Shown piece after piece: positions 1-12,104 of a DNA stretch of 64,000 nucleotides. The notes under the pieces are model-generated. The model was not told the DNA's origin. It worked only from the letters and a program-made list of their open reading frames with translations, and did no database searches. Position numbers and translations under genes: made by a program. Within the stretch, counting starts at the first letter, position 1. The number at the start of each line of letters is the position of its first letter. The stretch is from the NCBI GenBank assembly GCA_003427395.1, contig BFEA01000006.1, positions 8,111,551-8,175,550 of the forward strand, given 5' to 3'. This stretch comes from Chara braunii. Taxonomy: Eukaryota; Plantae; Charophyceae.

Positions 1-17
1 ATTCAAACTATCAGGAA

Positions 18-1511
18 GTGGCGTCCTATTTCCGTGCCTGGGATGGCGACTTCAACGGGATGGGAGCATGTAAAACATCTGACATGCTCATTCTGGCAGG
101 TAACGCAGAGTTCCGCGTAGTGCAGGTAGTGAAAAAAAGAGAAGAAAAAGTCTTAGAACAGAAAGAAAAAGAAGTTCAACCGAACCACCGGCAGTCTCTC
201 ACAAAAGACCGAGAGAATCCAGTACTAGCCACTCCGTCGTTAGAGTCTGACTACAGGATCAGGCAAGAGGGGCCAAGGGTTGAGCCGGGCTGCAAGAAAG
301 TCGTGGACGAAATGAGTGCAGATCATCGAGCAGTGGAGAGAATGCTTACCCAAAAGATTGAGAAGATGGAGGTGGACATGCAAGCAGCAGTAGTAAGGCT
401 TGAGACAAAATTGGCAGAAGCGATGTCAATGCACAAAAGCCTCGAAGGGTGTAAGAGTAGGATCTCTCAGCTGGAGTCCGAGAGGGACAAACTGACAGAG
501 AGAGTTAATGAACTGGAACATAAATTCAAAAAAGAGATCACTACTAAACGCGAGAGGACTGCTTTGCTCCGAGAGTTTTCGGGAAAGGAACTCCTGGATG
601 CAACAAATAATTTTGAAGTGAACCTCAGGAGTCGAGACGGTAATTGGCATGAACATGTATACTCGGGGAAACTACGTGATGGCACTCTTATCGCAGTAAA
701 GAGGATGAGGGATCATGCTAGTGCACAGATCATTCATGATCGCAACGAGATGAAGACAGAGGTAGTCGATCGGTTGAGATTGCTCCAGCATCCCCATCTT
801 CTAACGCTGCTAGGAGTCTGCTATGAAGAGAGCTGTCTGGTTTATGAGCACATGGAACGTGGAAGTTTGAAGAATTGGATCGTGCAAGGCGAAAACCACA
901 CCGGAGGGTCTCTTCCATGGTATGCTCGCTTTCGGGTAATGGCGGAGGTTGCCAGAGGCCTGGACTTTCTCCACTCTGATCTATCCGCTTCTCGTGGTGG
1001 TCCCGTCATCCATTGTGCCATTAAGCCAACAAACATCCTGTTGGACCAGAATTTTGTGGCCAAGATAGGAGGTGTTGATCAGGCATTGCTTGTCCCAACG
1101 ACTCCAGACGCTGAAGGGAAAACCTCAGTGGCACCAGAGTTTGCGGCACACAACTCTCAGTACATTGCCCCCGAGTATTGGCAGTCCAGAGTTTTTGATG
1201 AGAAGACAGATGTCTATGCATTTGGAATCACTCTTTTGGAAATGTTGACCGGATATTTCTCAAACGCATTCAAAGTCATCGAAGACTCTATAGAGGATCT
1301 GCCGGCTTTCGAGAGAGCTCTGGACGCCAATGCAGGCATTTGGGATGTTGATCTGGCTCGTAAAGTAGCAAACTTGGGGTTGCGCTGCGCCAGCCCGAAT
1401 GCTCGTGAACGGCCTGGCATGACGACACCTGGTGTAGGCATCCTACCCGTATTGGAGGGAGTTGCAAGGAAGGTGGATCTTGCGCAGTCAATTAGCGATC
1501 ATCAGAGATAA
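18..1511 (+). CDS. Receptor-like cytoplasmic kinase-like protein (RLCK-IX / U-box-kinase-type domain) with coiled coil; probable pseudokinase; 5'-partial
   Basis: Coiled-coil region followed by REFSGKELLDATNNF, IAVK, LRLLQHPHLLTLLGVCYEESCLVYEHMERGSL, LPWYARFRVMAEVARGLDFLH, YIAPEY, KTDVYAFGITLLEMLTG and ERP. HRD reads HCA. The frame is open back to the window start. Confidence 0.85.
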   Translation: MASYFRAWDGDFNGMGACKTSDMLILAGNAEFRVVQVVKKREEKVLEQKEKEVQPNHRQSLTKDRENPVLATPSLESDYRIRQEGPRVEPGCKKVVDEMSADHRAVERMLTQKIEKMEVDMQAAVVRLETKLAEAMSMHKSLEGCKSRISQLESERDKLTERVNELEHKFKKEITTKRERTALLREFSGKELLDATNNFEVNLRSRDGNWHEHVYSGKLRDGTLIAVKRMRDHASAQIIHDRNEMKTEVVDRLRLLQHPHLLTLLGVCYEESCLVYEHMERGSLKNWIVQGENHTGGSLPWYARFRVMAEVARGLDFLHSDLSASRGGPVIHCAIKPTNILLDQNFVAKIGGVDQALLVPTTPDAEGKTSVAPEFAAHNSQYIAPEYWQSRVFDEKTDVYAFGITLLEMLTGYFSNAFKVIEDSIEDLPAFERALDANAGIWDVDLARKVANLGLRCASPNARERPGMTTPGVGILPVLEGVARKVDLAQSISDHQR

Positions 1512-1900
1512 GGAAGTGGGACAACTGCATCCTATGAGGGCCACAAGATCAAGCGTCGAGCTTACCCATGTTGAGGACCTGGTGGTCACATGACTTGGTG
1601 CGACCGATCTTAAAAAATGTTCAAGAACCTCAAGGGTGTTAAGTCGGCATTACATGACATGTGGAAAGTAGAGAATTAGGATATGCTGTGTTTTTTCATG
1701 CTGCTGAAGAGGACTGCTGATGGGATGGAGAAGAGGCATGAGATAGGTGGCAGGCCTGATAGAAGTACAGGTCTGGTATGGCTTGTGGGTCCTCGATGCT
1801 TTTCCGGATTCTTATATTTGTTCGTATAATTCGGTCATCGATAATGGTCTCAAACTAGGTCTGGTCCGATGCATATTAGGCAATGTAAATTTCATTTCTC

Positions 1901-2067
1901 TTGAACCGCCAGGTCACCCAAAGCGGCCAAAGCGAAGCACTGCTCTTACCGGTATGCGCCGGAAGCTTAAGAGGACTTTCATTAGGGCGTGGGTCAGTAG
2001 TGAAAGTGGCTTTATGTAAAGGTTTGATTGCAGGCTCGCGAGGATTGACTGGACTAGGTGGCTTAAG
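1901..2067. mobile_element. Degenerate MITE of the TTAA-ACCRCCAGTAC TIR family
   Basis: Left end ttgaaccgccag and right end ctaggtggcttaa resemble the intact copies such as 2904-3058. Confidence 0.4.
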
Positions 2068-2193
2068 CTTTAAACAGGATCTCTTTGGAATTACCAATGA
2101 AAACCACCAGAAACTCACCTTTTCCTCAACGAGCTGCTGTTGCAAGTTGTTATGAGGAGCTGAGACTGAGCAAAATGTGGCAAGTAAGATCGA

Positions 2194-2236
<43 letters not shown>

Positions 2237-2455
2237 NGAGAGAGAGAGAGAGAGAGAGAGAGAGAGCAAAGAACATTCAGAGGACAATGTGTTTGAGGCC
2301 TCGTGAAAATGAACTTAGAAAATGAATTTCAATGTCGTGCAATTAAACGGATATCTCGATTTTAACGAAATTGCTGTTGAAGTTTACTGCCCTCGCCATA
2401 AAAAGAAAAAGGTTTCCTGTCCTCCCCATGTTCCTTTTTTTTTTTTTTTTTTTTC

Positions 2456-2557
2456 AATTTGGACCGTTTTTCGATTTATGCGTGGCATCCTTGCGCAGGG
2501 GGCATGCTAATCTTCCTTCTCTGTATCGTTCCAATTTTAACGGATGTCCCGAAGGAC
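2456..2557 (-). pseudogene. U6: Full-length U6 snRNA retrocopy with poly(A) tail
   Basis: Reverse complement GTCCTTCGGGACATCCGTTAAAATTGGAACGATACAGAGAAG(GAAG)ATTAGCATGCCCCCTGCGCAAGGATGCCACGCATAAATCGAAAAACGGTCCAAATT, with a 4-nt duplication after the ACAGAGA box and A20 at 2435-2454. Confidence 0.92.
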
Positions 2558-2903
2558 AGATTCCATTTTTTTTCCCCTTTTTTTTTCTTTTTTTTTTTAT
2601 AGAAAAAAGATCAATCTTTATTGATATGAAAGCTGGGAACCGGGCCCAGCGTCCCTTATAAGAGTCGCCGCAGATTTTGTTTTTCCCTTTTGCATCTCCC
2701 TTGTTCTGTTTTGTTTTTCCTTTTCTGATATCTCCGTCGGAGTCCGTCCCCTTATTTTTCCTCTCTCTTTTTTGTTTTCGGGGTTGAACTTTCCTCTCTT
2801 CTCGGTGCATAAAGACCATAATCCGGTCTGAGTGCATTCAGTTCTCTAGCTTTGTCAGTCCAAATTCTGAAAATTTCAAGATGTCAAATTTTTACTTTCG
2901 GTC

Positions 2904-3058
2904 TTAAACCGCCAGTACACAGCCCCAGCCTTGCTGAAAAGAAAACTCGTCGCCTACGGAAATTTTGGACGCCCGGCGCCGTAGATAAATTGAATCGGCG
3001 GCGGGCGGCCTCCGAAAAGGTCCCACGGGGCCGATAGCTGGATGTACTGGTGGTTTAA
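2904..3058. mobile_element. MITE with ACCRCCAGTAC TIRs flanked by TTAA
   Basis: ttaa-accgccagtac ... gtactggtggt-ttaa. Confidence 0.75.
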
Positions 3059-3631
3059 GCTGTCAAATGACAGCTTCTCTCACTATGATCATAATCCGGT
3101 CTATTTCTGCATTCACTGAGGGCGTACTTACACTAGCACTTTCCTTAATGTATCTGACCCCAATTACAGTAGTATGGATTCCGTACGTCTGGGCCTAAGT
3201 CCTCCTCCGTGCAAGCACAGATTCGGACTGGCGACTTCGGCCTCAAGAGCCAAGTCTCTTAACCACTACAGCCAGGACACGGTGTTCAAAAGTGGAATCG
3301 TACCGGTCGTGATATCCACCCCACACCTGCAAGGCTGTAGTGTCCAACTCAACACACACCACACACAACACCCATGGACACGACAATTCTCGTACACTTT
3401 GCTCTGTAGTCAGCACGTAACCCCCGCTGGTACTCTTACCCACTCAGCCACACCTGGATGCATCTGGCCACAAGCAAGTCTAGAGGTCAGTCCTTACTGG
3501 CAGATTGACAGATCGAGAGCTCTTTCTCGATGCTATGGGTGGTGATCCATGGCAGCTCTTTAAGAGGGGGAGGGGGGGGGGGGGGGGGGGGGGGAAAAAA
3601 AAAAAAAAAAGAGTATACTCGTTCAACTTCT

Positions 3632-3665
<34 letters not shown>

Positions 3666-3844
3666 TAGAGCTCGTGTTACAATTATGACTTATTGCAGAG
3701 GAAATTTTCGGCTGGGTTTATTATTAGCTCACGGAATTCCTTGAATCTTCGGCAGGTGTTTTTGTTTTGTTTTGTTTGGTTTTGTTGGGTAACTTGGGTT
3801 GTTTGGTTGTTTTTTTTCTTTAAGATTATTATTATTTTCTTAAC

Positions 3845-3995
3845 GGGTGACGGCCTTGATATACCATTATTGAGCTGACTGGCCCTGGCCCCTAGGTAAT
3901 TCAGAATTATTTTATTCTGTGCATCTGATTGCAGCTGGATATGAACTTGGGTCTGTATTTCAGCAGTGCATTCGGTGTACCAACTGAGCTAGGCC
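3845..3995 (-). mobile_element. tRNA-derived SINE
   Basis: Minus strand GGCCTAGCTCAGTTGGTACACC (A box) ... AGTTCATATCC (B-box-like). Head and body align with the copy at 53391. Confidence 0.65.
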
Positions 3996-4221
3996 CATTG
4001 GTTGGGCAGATGTTTTCAGATGGGCGCAACAAGTAATGCACTCTTCTGCAAGGAGCGTCAGACAAAACCTGCAACTGACCTCATCTCCTACAGTTTTTTT
4101 TTTTAAACAACAAGGCACCTCATCTCCTACAGAACCACACACAGTGGGTCGGTTTCGGGTTTGCAATTGGATTGCTGAATGTTCACAATGCGAGTGGGAT
4201 GCTCTCTATTCTACTATCATA

Positions 4222-4225
<4 letters not shown>

Positions 4226-4262
<37 letters not shown>

Positions 4263-4383
4263 NNNNNNNNNNNNNNNNNNNNNNNNNNNNNNNNNNNNNN
4301 NNNNNNNNNNNNNNNNNNNNNNNNNNNNNNNNNNNNNNNNNNNNNNNNNNNNNNNNNNNNNNNNNNNNNNNNNNNNNNNNNNN

Positions 4384-4456
<73 letters not shown>
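4226..4456. repeat. (CT)n / N-gap / (GT)n compound microsatellite
   Basis: Seen directly. Similar tracts at 17677-17822, 36207-36404, 44718-44887 and 48054-48130. Confidence 0.95.
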
Positions 4457-4459
<3 letters not shown>

Positions 4460-6110
4460 CGTGCGCACATGATTCCAATTGGATTTTGCCTGTGTTAGCG
4501 ACAGCAAGGTATTGGACGAGAAAATGACTTGCCTACCCTTGTTATGCGTTTCCAGTCCTTCTGCCCTTTTGTCATTCCATTGTGATAGAATATCAGGACC
4601 TAATCATCGTTCTGTAAATAGGGAGTTGTCACCGTGGCCTACATTCTGCAGTGCAAAATAGTGCCTGCCAGCGACCTGTACTCTTACCATCCAGAATTGC
4701 CCTCACAGTGACACTGGCCTATGCACACAGCTTGACTATTGTTTGGGCAAGTGGACTTCAACCTTTTTCTCAGGTACAATTTCAATGTGCGTTTATGCCA
4801 TTTCCTGGTTCACATATTATTGTTTTCTCCCTTTCGAATGGGGAAGTCCCTCACATGATTGCAATCATTACATCTCCGTCCATTACGATTCAAATCTGTG
4901 ATCTATGTGTTAAAAGTCACAGTCTATGCAACCTTTTCAGCGCGCTTAAGCGCAGAGTGTCTGGGCAGCGGTAGAACGGGGGGTCCTCGCTCTAAACTTA
5001 GAGCGGCGTCCTAACACCGCCCTACCCCCGTCCAATCCCCATTGTCCCCCAGTTCAACGGGGTAGACCCCCCCCCGCCAAAGAGCGCCGCGGCCAGCGGG
5101 GAGGGGGCAACCTCATTTCGGTGGCATGGGGGCCTGGCCCCGGCAGTCACGGACCTGCCCGCGCTGCCATTTCTTTTTTGAATTTAAAAACATAATTGAA
5201 AAAAAAGGAAAAACCCCGGGGGTACGAACTGGCAGGCCAGCCGTCAGACCCTTGCAGGGGACCAATGGCTAGAGAGAACCGCCCGGACGCCGCAGCCTGC
5301 ACAATAAGTTGGGCACTCCCAACGGGAGCACTTCCTCACTGCTGGAGGGCAGGCAATCTGTGTGTGTGCGCGTGTGTGTGCGTGTGTGTGTGTGTGAGAG
5401 AGAGAGAGAGGGAGAGAGAGAGACAGTGGGGCGTTGAGGAGTGTTGGGGGGTGTAGGGAGGGGCTACGTGGCACCCTCAGTCTCAGATCCCACGGCCTAG
5501 GAGAAGGCCAAGGAGGCTGCGGCCTAGGCCACTTGGCCGTGCACCTGAGGTCAGGGCGCACGTGCCGCCTGCGCAGGTCGGCCCCCAGCTCCCCCGCCAA
5601 AAAGAAAAAAAAGAAAACTGCAATAAGGTGGGGGGAGGGGGGGTTGATATTCAATTTTTAGAGGGGTGGTAGAAAAATTATGAACCCCCTCAAATCGCAA
5701 ATTTGAAGTTGTGGGGGGGTGGTACGTGTTGCAGACCCCCAATTTGGCAAAAAAATAAAATAAAATTGGCGAGGCAGGTCGGCCATAGGGGGCGGGTGTG
5801 GTTGGGGGGGGGGGGGGGGGGGGTCGCGGGTGGAAGGGTGGGAGGATTTTTCAGGGCCGTGGTGCCTGGTAAGGGTACTAAGGAGAAAGGCAGCGGGGTG
5901 GGGTGGGGGTGGATGGTGCAACTTTGAAGGGCACGGGGTGTTAATGGGGATGTGTAGAGGTGGGGGGGGTGCGGAAATGTAAGATAAAGAAAAGAAAAAA
6001 AGGGCGGCAACGAAGAAGAACAACAAGATGAAAAAAAAAAAAACAGCAAAGAAGAAGAACAACAAGAAGAAGAACAAGAAAAGAAGAAGAAGAAGAAGAA
6101 GACGAAGAAG

Positions 6111-6148
<38 letters not shown>

Positions 6149-6534
6149 GTCATGAACATAAGAAGCACAATTTGTGTTGCCATGTCACAGACGTCACTCA
6201 TTATGTGATACGGCAATGTTGCTCATGCTCCCTGTGGGTGGTAGTCGCCCACCACCCAGACCACACCCACCCCAGCTTGGCCCTTTTTTCTTTGCAATTT
6301 TTTTTTTTAACATCTTTGTTTTATTATAATACCAAATGTCCCAAAAAATATGGCAAAAAAAAGATGAAAAATATAGGAGGGCTCTTACTCCATATCACTC
6401 ATGAAAAAAATTCCTGCTTTTTTTTCTTGTTTTTTTCTTTTCTTTTTTACCAATTTTAGGTTTTCATTTTTTTTAAATTGTAAATCAAGTCAGAATCGTG
6501 TCAGATTCAAAAATACAAATCATAGGGTTGCAAG

Positions 6535-8160
6535 TTTTTTTTTTTTTTTTTTTGAACAAGTTGCAGCTTATATTATAAACGTAATCGAATGAGGCCGGGA
6601 ATCCCTCAACATCTCAACCCGGGAGTGACGCTCGTGCTGGAAACCGGGTCCAGCGTCCCATGGTCTGCAACTCCAAAAAAAGTATGCAACTGGACCAAAA
6701 AGGAAACTCCAACAGCAGAAGTAAAGGGAACAAAACAGCCAAGAAACTATTGACTAATTCACCTCCAAAGTCCTGCTAATCTATCTGGGAGCCTCACCCA
6801 GCTTGGCTTCAAGATCTTACAGAAAAGAGAGCAAGTACCTATATGTAAACTCAAGGAAGCCTGAACCGCCTAGACGGGTTTCCCACCACGCACCCTTAGA
6901 TCTTCAATAGTAACAGCTTCCAGTGTACCAAGATCAGCATGGATACAGTTCAAGTTTGCTTCCATCCCTACTGACACTAACTACAGGCGACTAGCGTTCC
7001 CACCACTAACGGTAGCACTCCCACTGCATCCGTAGTGCCGCTACCCATATTAGAGATATTACCTGATGAGAATGAATGTATTTCCCAAAAATCCCTAAAA
7101 AAACGGAAACTAAGGTGTAAGGAAGAAGGTAGGTCTAACCTATATGAGTGGCTTAGCCCCAAACGAACACACCAATCCAATCTAAGATTAAAGGAAGACA
7201 GAAATACAACCAATAGACAGGCAGAACACCACACTCGTTTCCGTATTATGTCTCTAAAGCGTAGACCAGCTTCAAGTCGCCTGGATTGCCGAGACGGATT
7301 TCCCACCACGCGCCCTTGGATTTCTTTTGAATACCGTGTCATTCCCAATGGGCACAACCCAGTTTTCCCCCTGCATAGCCAGTGCTACCCCCGCTTATGC
7401 TCACTACGGGCTAAAAGCGCTCCCACCACCACTGGAAGCCCTCTCACTGCTGCCAATGGTAACGCTGCTCGTAGTTACGTTGAGTGAGTCCAATATTCCA
7501 AAGAAGGATACAAAGAGTGAACAGCCTTACGCCAACTTTATTATCTCGCTGAGTAACGTGATGATAAGGGGGGACATCCTCAATCTGGTTCACAACAAGC
7601 TAATCTACTAGACAGTCGATTACAGCATACACATGTTCGAAATATTGATCCAACCCCCTTTTTGCTTTCAAAACCAAGATCATGAGAACCAGGGATCGAA
7701 CGTCCAATACAATATGGACTAAAAATAATTCGTGCACAAATAAACGTCAAGACCCAGGTTTCACAGTAGGCCAGAGAACTCCCGCAGGTCCGTTGGTGTC
7801 ACTGCTTGTGAAGGCTGTATTTCATGGAACTGAAGTCTCCAAAACGCAACCTCCAGTGCACACTAATCATTGCATCCTTACCATTGAAGTTACAAGGAGC
7901 TATACGCAGCATTAGTAACCAGATGCACCAGGCCACTGTAGTTTCGACCTCTTCCAGCCCCGCTCCTAACTTCGGAACAGGATGGACAGTGAATTTGGCC
8001 CAAAAAACGGCCTATAATCATGAACAATCTGTTCTCCTATCATGGCCAGGCACACAACTGTAGTTTTGAATGTCTACATAACCCCCGACTTGAAAAGTAA
8101 ATCTAATAACTCTAGCGGCCAACGGGATGGACGAAGAAACTCTACAAGCACATCGGAAGT
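6535..8160 (-). mobile_element. Decayed non-LTR (LINE-like) 3' remnant
   Basis: T-run at 6535-6553 (poly(A) on minus) and the shared 3' motif at 6636-6659. Broken minus-strand coding-like sequence with a duplicated KGAWWE(I/T)RLG segment near 6890 and 7305. Left boundary is plausible; right boundary is approximate. Confidence 0.4.
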
Positions 8161-8180
8161 CAACCAATTAGACTAAACAT

Positions 8181-8181
<1 letters not shown>

Positions 8182-8225
<44 letters not shown>

Positions 8226-8353
8226 NTTTTTTTTTTTGAACTCGCCCTTGGATGTGTTAGAGATGCTGATAAGAGCAGACACCTCTATCACCCGGGGGGA
8301 GCTCCATCTATTGGTGGGGAGCGTCACCTGCTGGAAAGCGGGTCCAGCGCCCC
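8182..8353 (-). mobile_element. Poly(A) retroposon 3' end carrying the tandem-pseudoknot motif
   Basis: T-run at 8182-8237 and a complete motif at 8301-8353. Confidence 0.65.
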
Positions 8354-9726
8354 ATTTTACAAGAACCATCCAAAAAGGTGAAAAGTAGGGCGGGAGTGGG
8401 GAGCCTCTTCACCCTGGCCCAGGGTGCCAGATTCGTACATGTAACTACCTAGCCCCTCTCTCCCCCCAATTATGTCTCTTGTCCTGCTGCCACTGTCAGA
8501 CTTCTGTCTCACCCAACGTTATGTCCATCATCCCACTCTCTGACTACTAGCACTGCCAAAGCCACTCTGGCCTACAGACTTCAGTGACCTACAGACTTCT
8601 GACCTACAGACTTCAGTTGGGGGCCGGCAGTAAGCCCCTGTCATCCTCTGAGTGGGGCTGGCGCTTTTCCTTCCGTTGCTCGCCAATAACCTGCTGTCTC
8701 ACTCTCCCCCATACCACGAGGCTGGTACCAAACAATTGGCCGGGGGGGGGAACAAGTCCGGAAGTTCTTCGCATGGCCTCATTGGAATGGAGTCATCCAG
8801 CTTTGTCCAGTCATTGAAGAGGAGCTTGTAGTCTCGGACGATCGTCATTTCCTCTTCCTTTCCCTCCTGTTCCCTGTTGCCCCCCTCCCAGTCCACTTTT
8901 CCTATCTAAACATGCATGTATTACGTCACTGCAGAATCGTCCACACATTACCGGGATTAAAAAACTCAATTAATCCGTCCTTCATCGCGGCCACATACCA
9001 TCATAATCAGCAGAAATGAGGTGGGTTTGCATGAAGTTATTATGAAGATGAGATGAATCTGACTCGAAGTACAGCAAGATGCAGTGCCATATACTCAAGG
9101 TACTCCTGGCAGCACTCCCACCACCACCGCAAGCTCTCCCACTGCTCTTGGTAGCGCCGCAACCAGTAGTTGCCGTGCCTGTACACTTGTCCTGACTGCA
9201 TCTCTCGTCAAAGAAGAACCGTAGTCAGCCATCCCAAAGTTGTCATGTCCCTCGGAGTCTTGAGACGGCACGTGAAGTTTCCTTCTGAAGCCCGGCGCTG
9301 TATAGCAGCCAGGCTTAAACAACTGGATATGCCGGAGGAGCATGAAATATCTTCAACGTTACTGGACATCCTCACGGTAGCAAGGTGCTAAGAAGGCCGC
9401 AGGGGACGGGACACCCATCCACCGGTTACTCACCAATGGAAACACCATCTAGGCTATGGTGCGGATGTAACCAGCCTGACGAAAGCGTGTCTCCACCGCC
9501 TCCATTGCAAGGTTTTTGGAACCCTACAAACCCATTTATTTTTCTTTTCCACTTATTTTTTGACCCAAAAAAAAGTTCCAAAAAAAAAAAAAAAGGGCCG
9601 CAAGGTGGGCCTAGTTGGCTGTGGCCGCAGCCAAATTTCTAGGGCGGGCCTGAGCACCCTCAAACAGATCTACAACCCTGAGATCTACAGCCCCTTATTT
9701 CGTTTTTTTAACTTATTTTTTGCCCG

Positions 9727-9763
<37 letters not shown>

Positions 9764-9895
9764 GCCGAGCCCACCGTGGAGTTATTTCCCCAGTTCCCAC
9801 GAGCTCAAATTTAATTGAATTGTCTCCTGAAGGTTTAGGTCCTTGCCTGAGTACCTTCTCAGGCGATCCAGTGCCACGTGAATTGTCAAGTCTCA

Positions 9896-10110
9896 GGAGG
9901 CAGCAATGGGGAATCTTGGACAATGGGAGAAAGCCTGATCCAGCAATATCGCGTGAGTGACGAAGGGGATTATCTTGTAAAGCTCTTTCATCGGTAGTGA
10001 GATTATGACAAAAACCGAAGAAGAAGCCCCAGCCCCAGTGCCAGCAGCCACGGTAAGCAGGGGGGGGGGGCAAGTGCTATTCGGAATGACCAGGCGTAAT
10101 GGGCACGAAG
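9896..10110 (+). pseudogene. rrn18: Mitochondrial SSU rRNA fragment (NUMT), V3 region to the 530 loop
   Basis: GGAGGCAGCAATGGGGAATCTTGGACAATGGG...CCAGCAATATCGCGTGAGTGA...GTGCCAGCAGCC(A)CGGTAAG...GGCGTAATGGGCACG. CCAGCAATATCGCGTG and GGGGGGGCAAGTG are green-plant mitochondrial signatures, and the universal motifs are mutated. Confidence 0.85.
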
Positions 10111-10139
10111 TGCTGGCATCAATGGTTTTTTGGTGATGC

Positions 10140-10330
10140 CTTTCTCGCGTGGGAAAATAAGGAAAACTGGCATTTTTCCCAAACTCCTAAAGTTTTGGAG
10201 GTCGGGCCCGACGACGACTGCCATTGATAAATCTGATCGGCGGCCGTCGTTTCGTTTCGGCCTCTGAAAAGGTCGGACGCCTACCCAAGGCCTGCTATTT
10301 TCCCAAGCGGCAAAGGTACTTGTGGTTTAA
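10140..10330. mobile_element. TTAA-family MITE (right part)
   Basis: Body aligns with 27165-27331 and ends ggtacttgtggt-ttaa. More termini at 10770-10820. Confidence 0.6.
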
Positions 10331-12104
10331 GCGGCTTCCTGGAAGCGGGAATCCTTTGTATTGGCCATCAAACCCACGATCAAGGGCACTGTGAACGCTC
10401 TTTTGAGCGACACTCAAATCCTTGAGCGCCCACCACTCGCTCAGCGCGTGATTTCACAGGTCACAGTCGGCTCTAAGCTGTAAATCTGTGAGGAGCCTGA
10501 GGGAAGACCACATTGGTGCTTCGTTCTTGCATAAGATGGTTATCATAAGACTGGTCGACTTTTACCACTGAAGTAAGGGTACTATCTTCAGAAGTTTGTG
10601 CTTTCTCTTTTTTTCCCCACCAGCAAGAGAGAGGCCTAACCCAACAGCACCTTTCCCAGCTATTTTTTCAGAAGTGCGCCGGATAACGCGCTGGCCTGAA
10701 ATGGAAGGGGGCCGCCCGTAAATCGGATCGGCGGCCAGTCTTGATTTTCGTGCCGACATAAGGGAAAGGTACTCAGTGGCTTAAACTTTAAACCACCAGT
10801 ACACAGCCCCAGCCTTGCAGAAAGAGCAACTCACCGCCACCGCACCGTAGCAATGGCTCAGCCTACCGGATCACTCTGGCTGGCACCGCCAGGCAAAAAG
10901 TGAAAAAAGGACACTGATAGGGTTGGGAAAATCTTGGGCCAAAGTAAGGCACCTCCAGGTGTGAATGTACTGGTGGAATAATGCACATCCGTGCTCATGG
11001 ATTCTGCTGCAGTAATTTGACATTTGCCTGGCCTATCTAAGTTGGCCATATGGGTACCCTTGTCCTGCACAGAACCCCCAAGGTCGGGCTGAGGCCGGCA
11101 GGCCTTGACAAGTGAGGCCCAGGGACAAGTGGAACCAGGTGCCGTTGCAGTCGGGAACCGAAACTCGCCCTCAGCAGTTCGGTGCCTGCCTGAGTTTCAA
11201 CAGCAAACAGAACTCCCGCTGGGAAAAAGGTTTTCTGAGGGGAGTTCAGCAAGATAAAGAGTTTGGGCAACGGCTCCTGGGTCACTCGGACTCACACCTA
11301 CAGTTTCGTCACTCGGACTCACACCTACAGTTTCGAATAGTCGACTTTAGCCTTTCTCGAAACGAGGCAAAAAACGAAAAGGGCCCAATGCCAGGTTATG
11401 TACAAGATCCAGAATAAGGAAGGGAAGAAAAAGGTCCAGTGCCATTAAGAGAGCAAAGCTTGTGTACAACATGCACTGGGTACCGCGCAAGCGTGGAAGC
11501 GCAGCCACTCGGGAGCAAGACCGGCCGGCGGCCAGGGCTTGAAGCGTTCGACTTGCTTGCTTGCCCGCTACTGCTCCACCCCACCATGGTCGCTGCCCCG
11601 GCCTGCCAACTGATCTATGATGGCGGAAAAACAACGACTGCATCTTCCCATAGAGAAGGGCAAGATGCATCGGTTACTATGAATACCAACTGATGCATCT
11701 TACCACTTTCTGCTGAAGATGCATTCATTCTCTTTCCTTTCGACAAAGGTGTGGCGAAGCCCTAACTCCTCCTGGGAAAAACAACGAGTGCATCTTCCCA
11801 CACAGAAGGGAAACATGCATCCGTTACTACGACAGCACATCATGACGCGTGAATTCGAATAGAATACTAATTCGAACACCCCGACTGCCACCAGCATTCT
11901 GCTGTGCACACCTGCAAACCCACTTCGGCCCGGCCTTCCCGATCCGAATCCGAAAATCGCACCCTCGCGATATCGCCCGAAATGAAAAACCGGCCGCCGT
12001 CCATGAAAACGGCCCGCCTACCGCTTTTCCTGACCGCTGATCTGACCTTCTCCAACCGCACTCGCGACCACCCGGCCTACCGGTCTCTTCCCCAACAGCG
12101 ACCG

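Noticed and set aside
4036-6592. ORFs with ER/SL/HT/CV/poly-F/poly-K runs here and elsewhere
   Set aside because: Translations of microsatellites, homopolymers and N gaps.
9896-10110. Bacterial 16S contamination or a functional rRNA gene
   Set aside because: Carries plant mitochondrial signatures, is truncated, has mutated universal motifs, and is flanked by host repeats.
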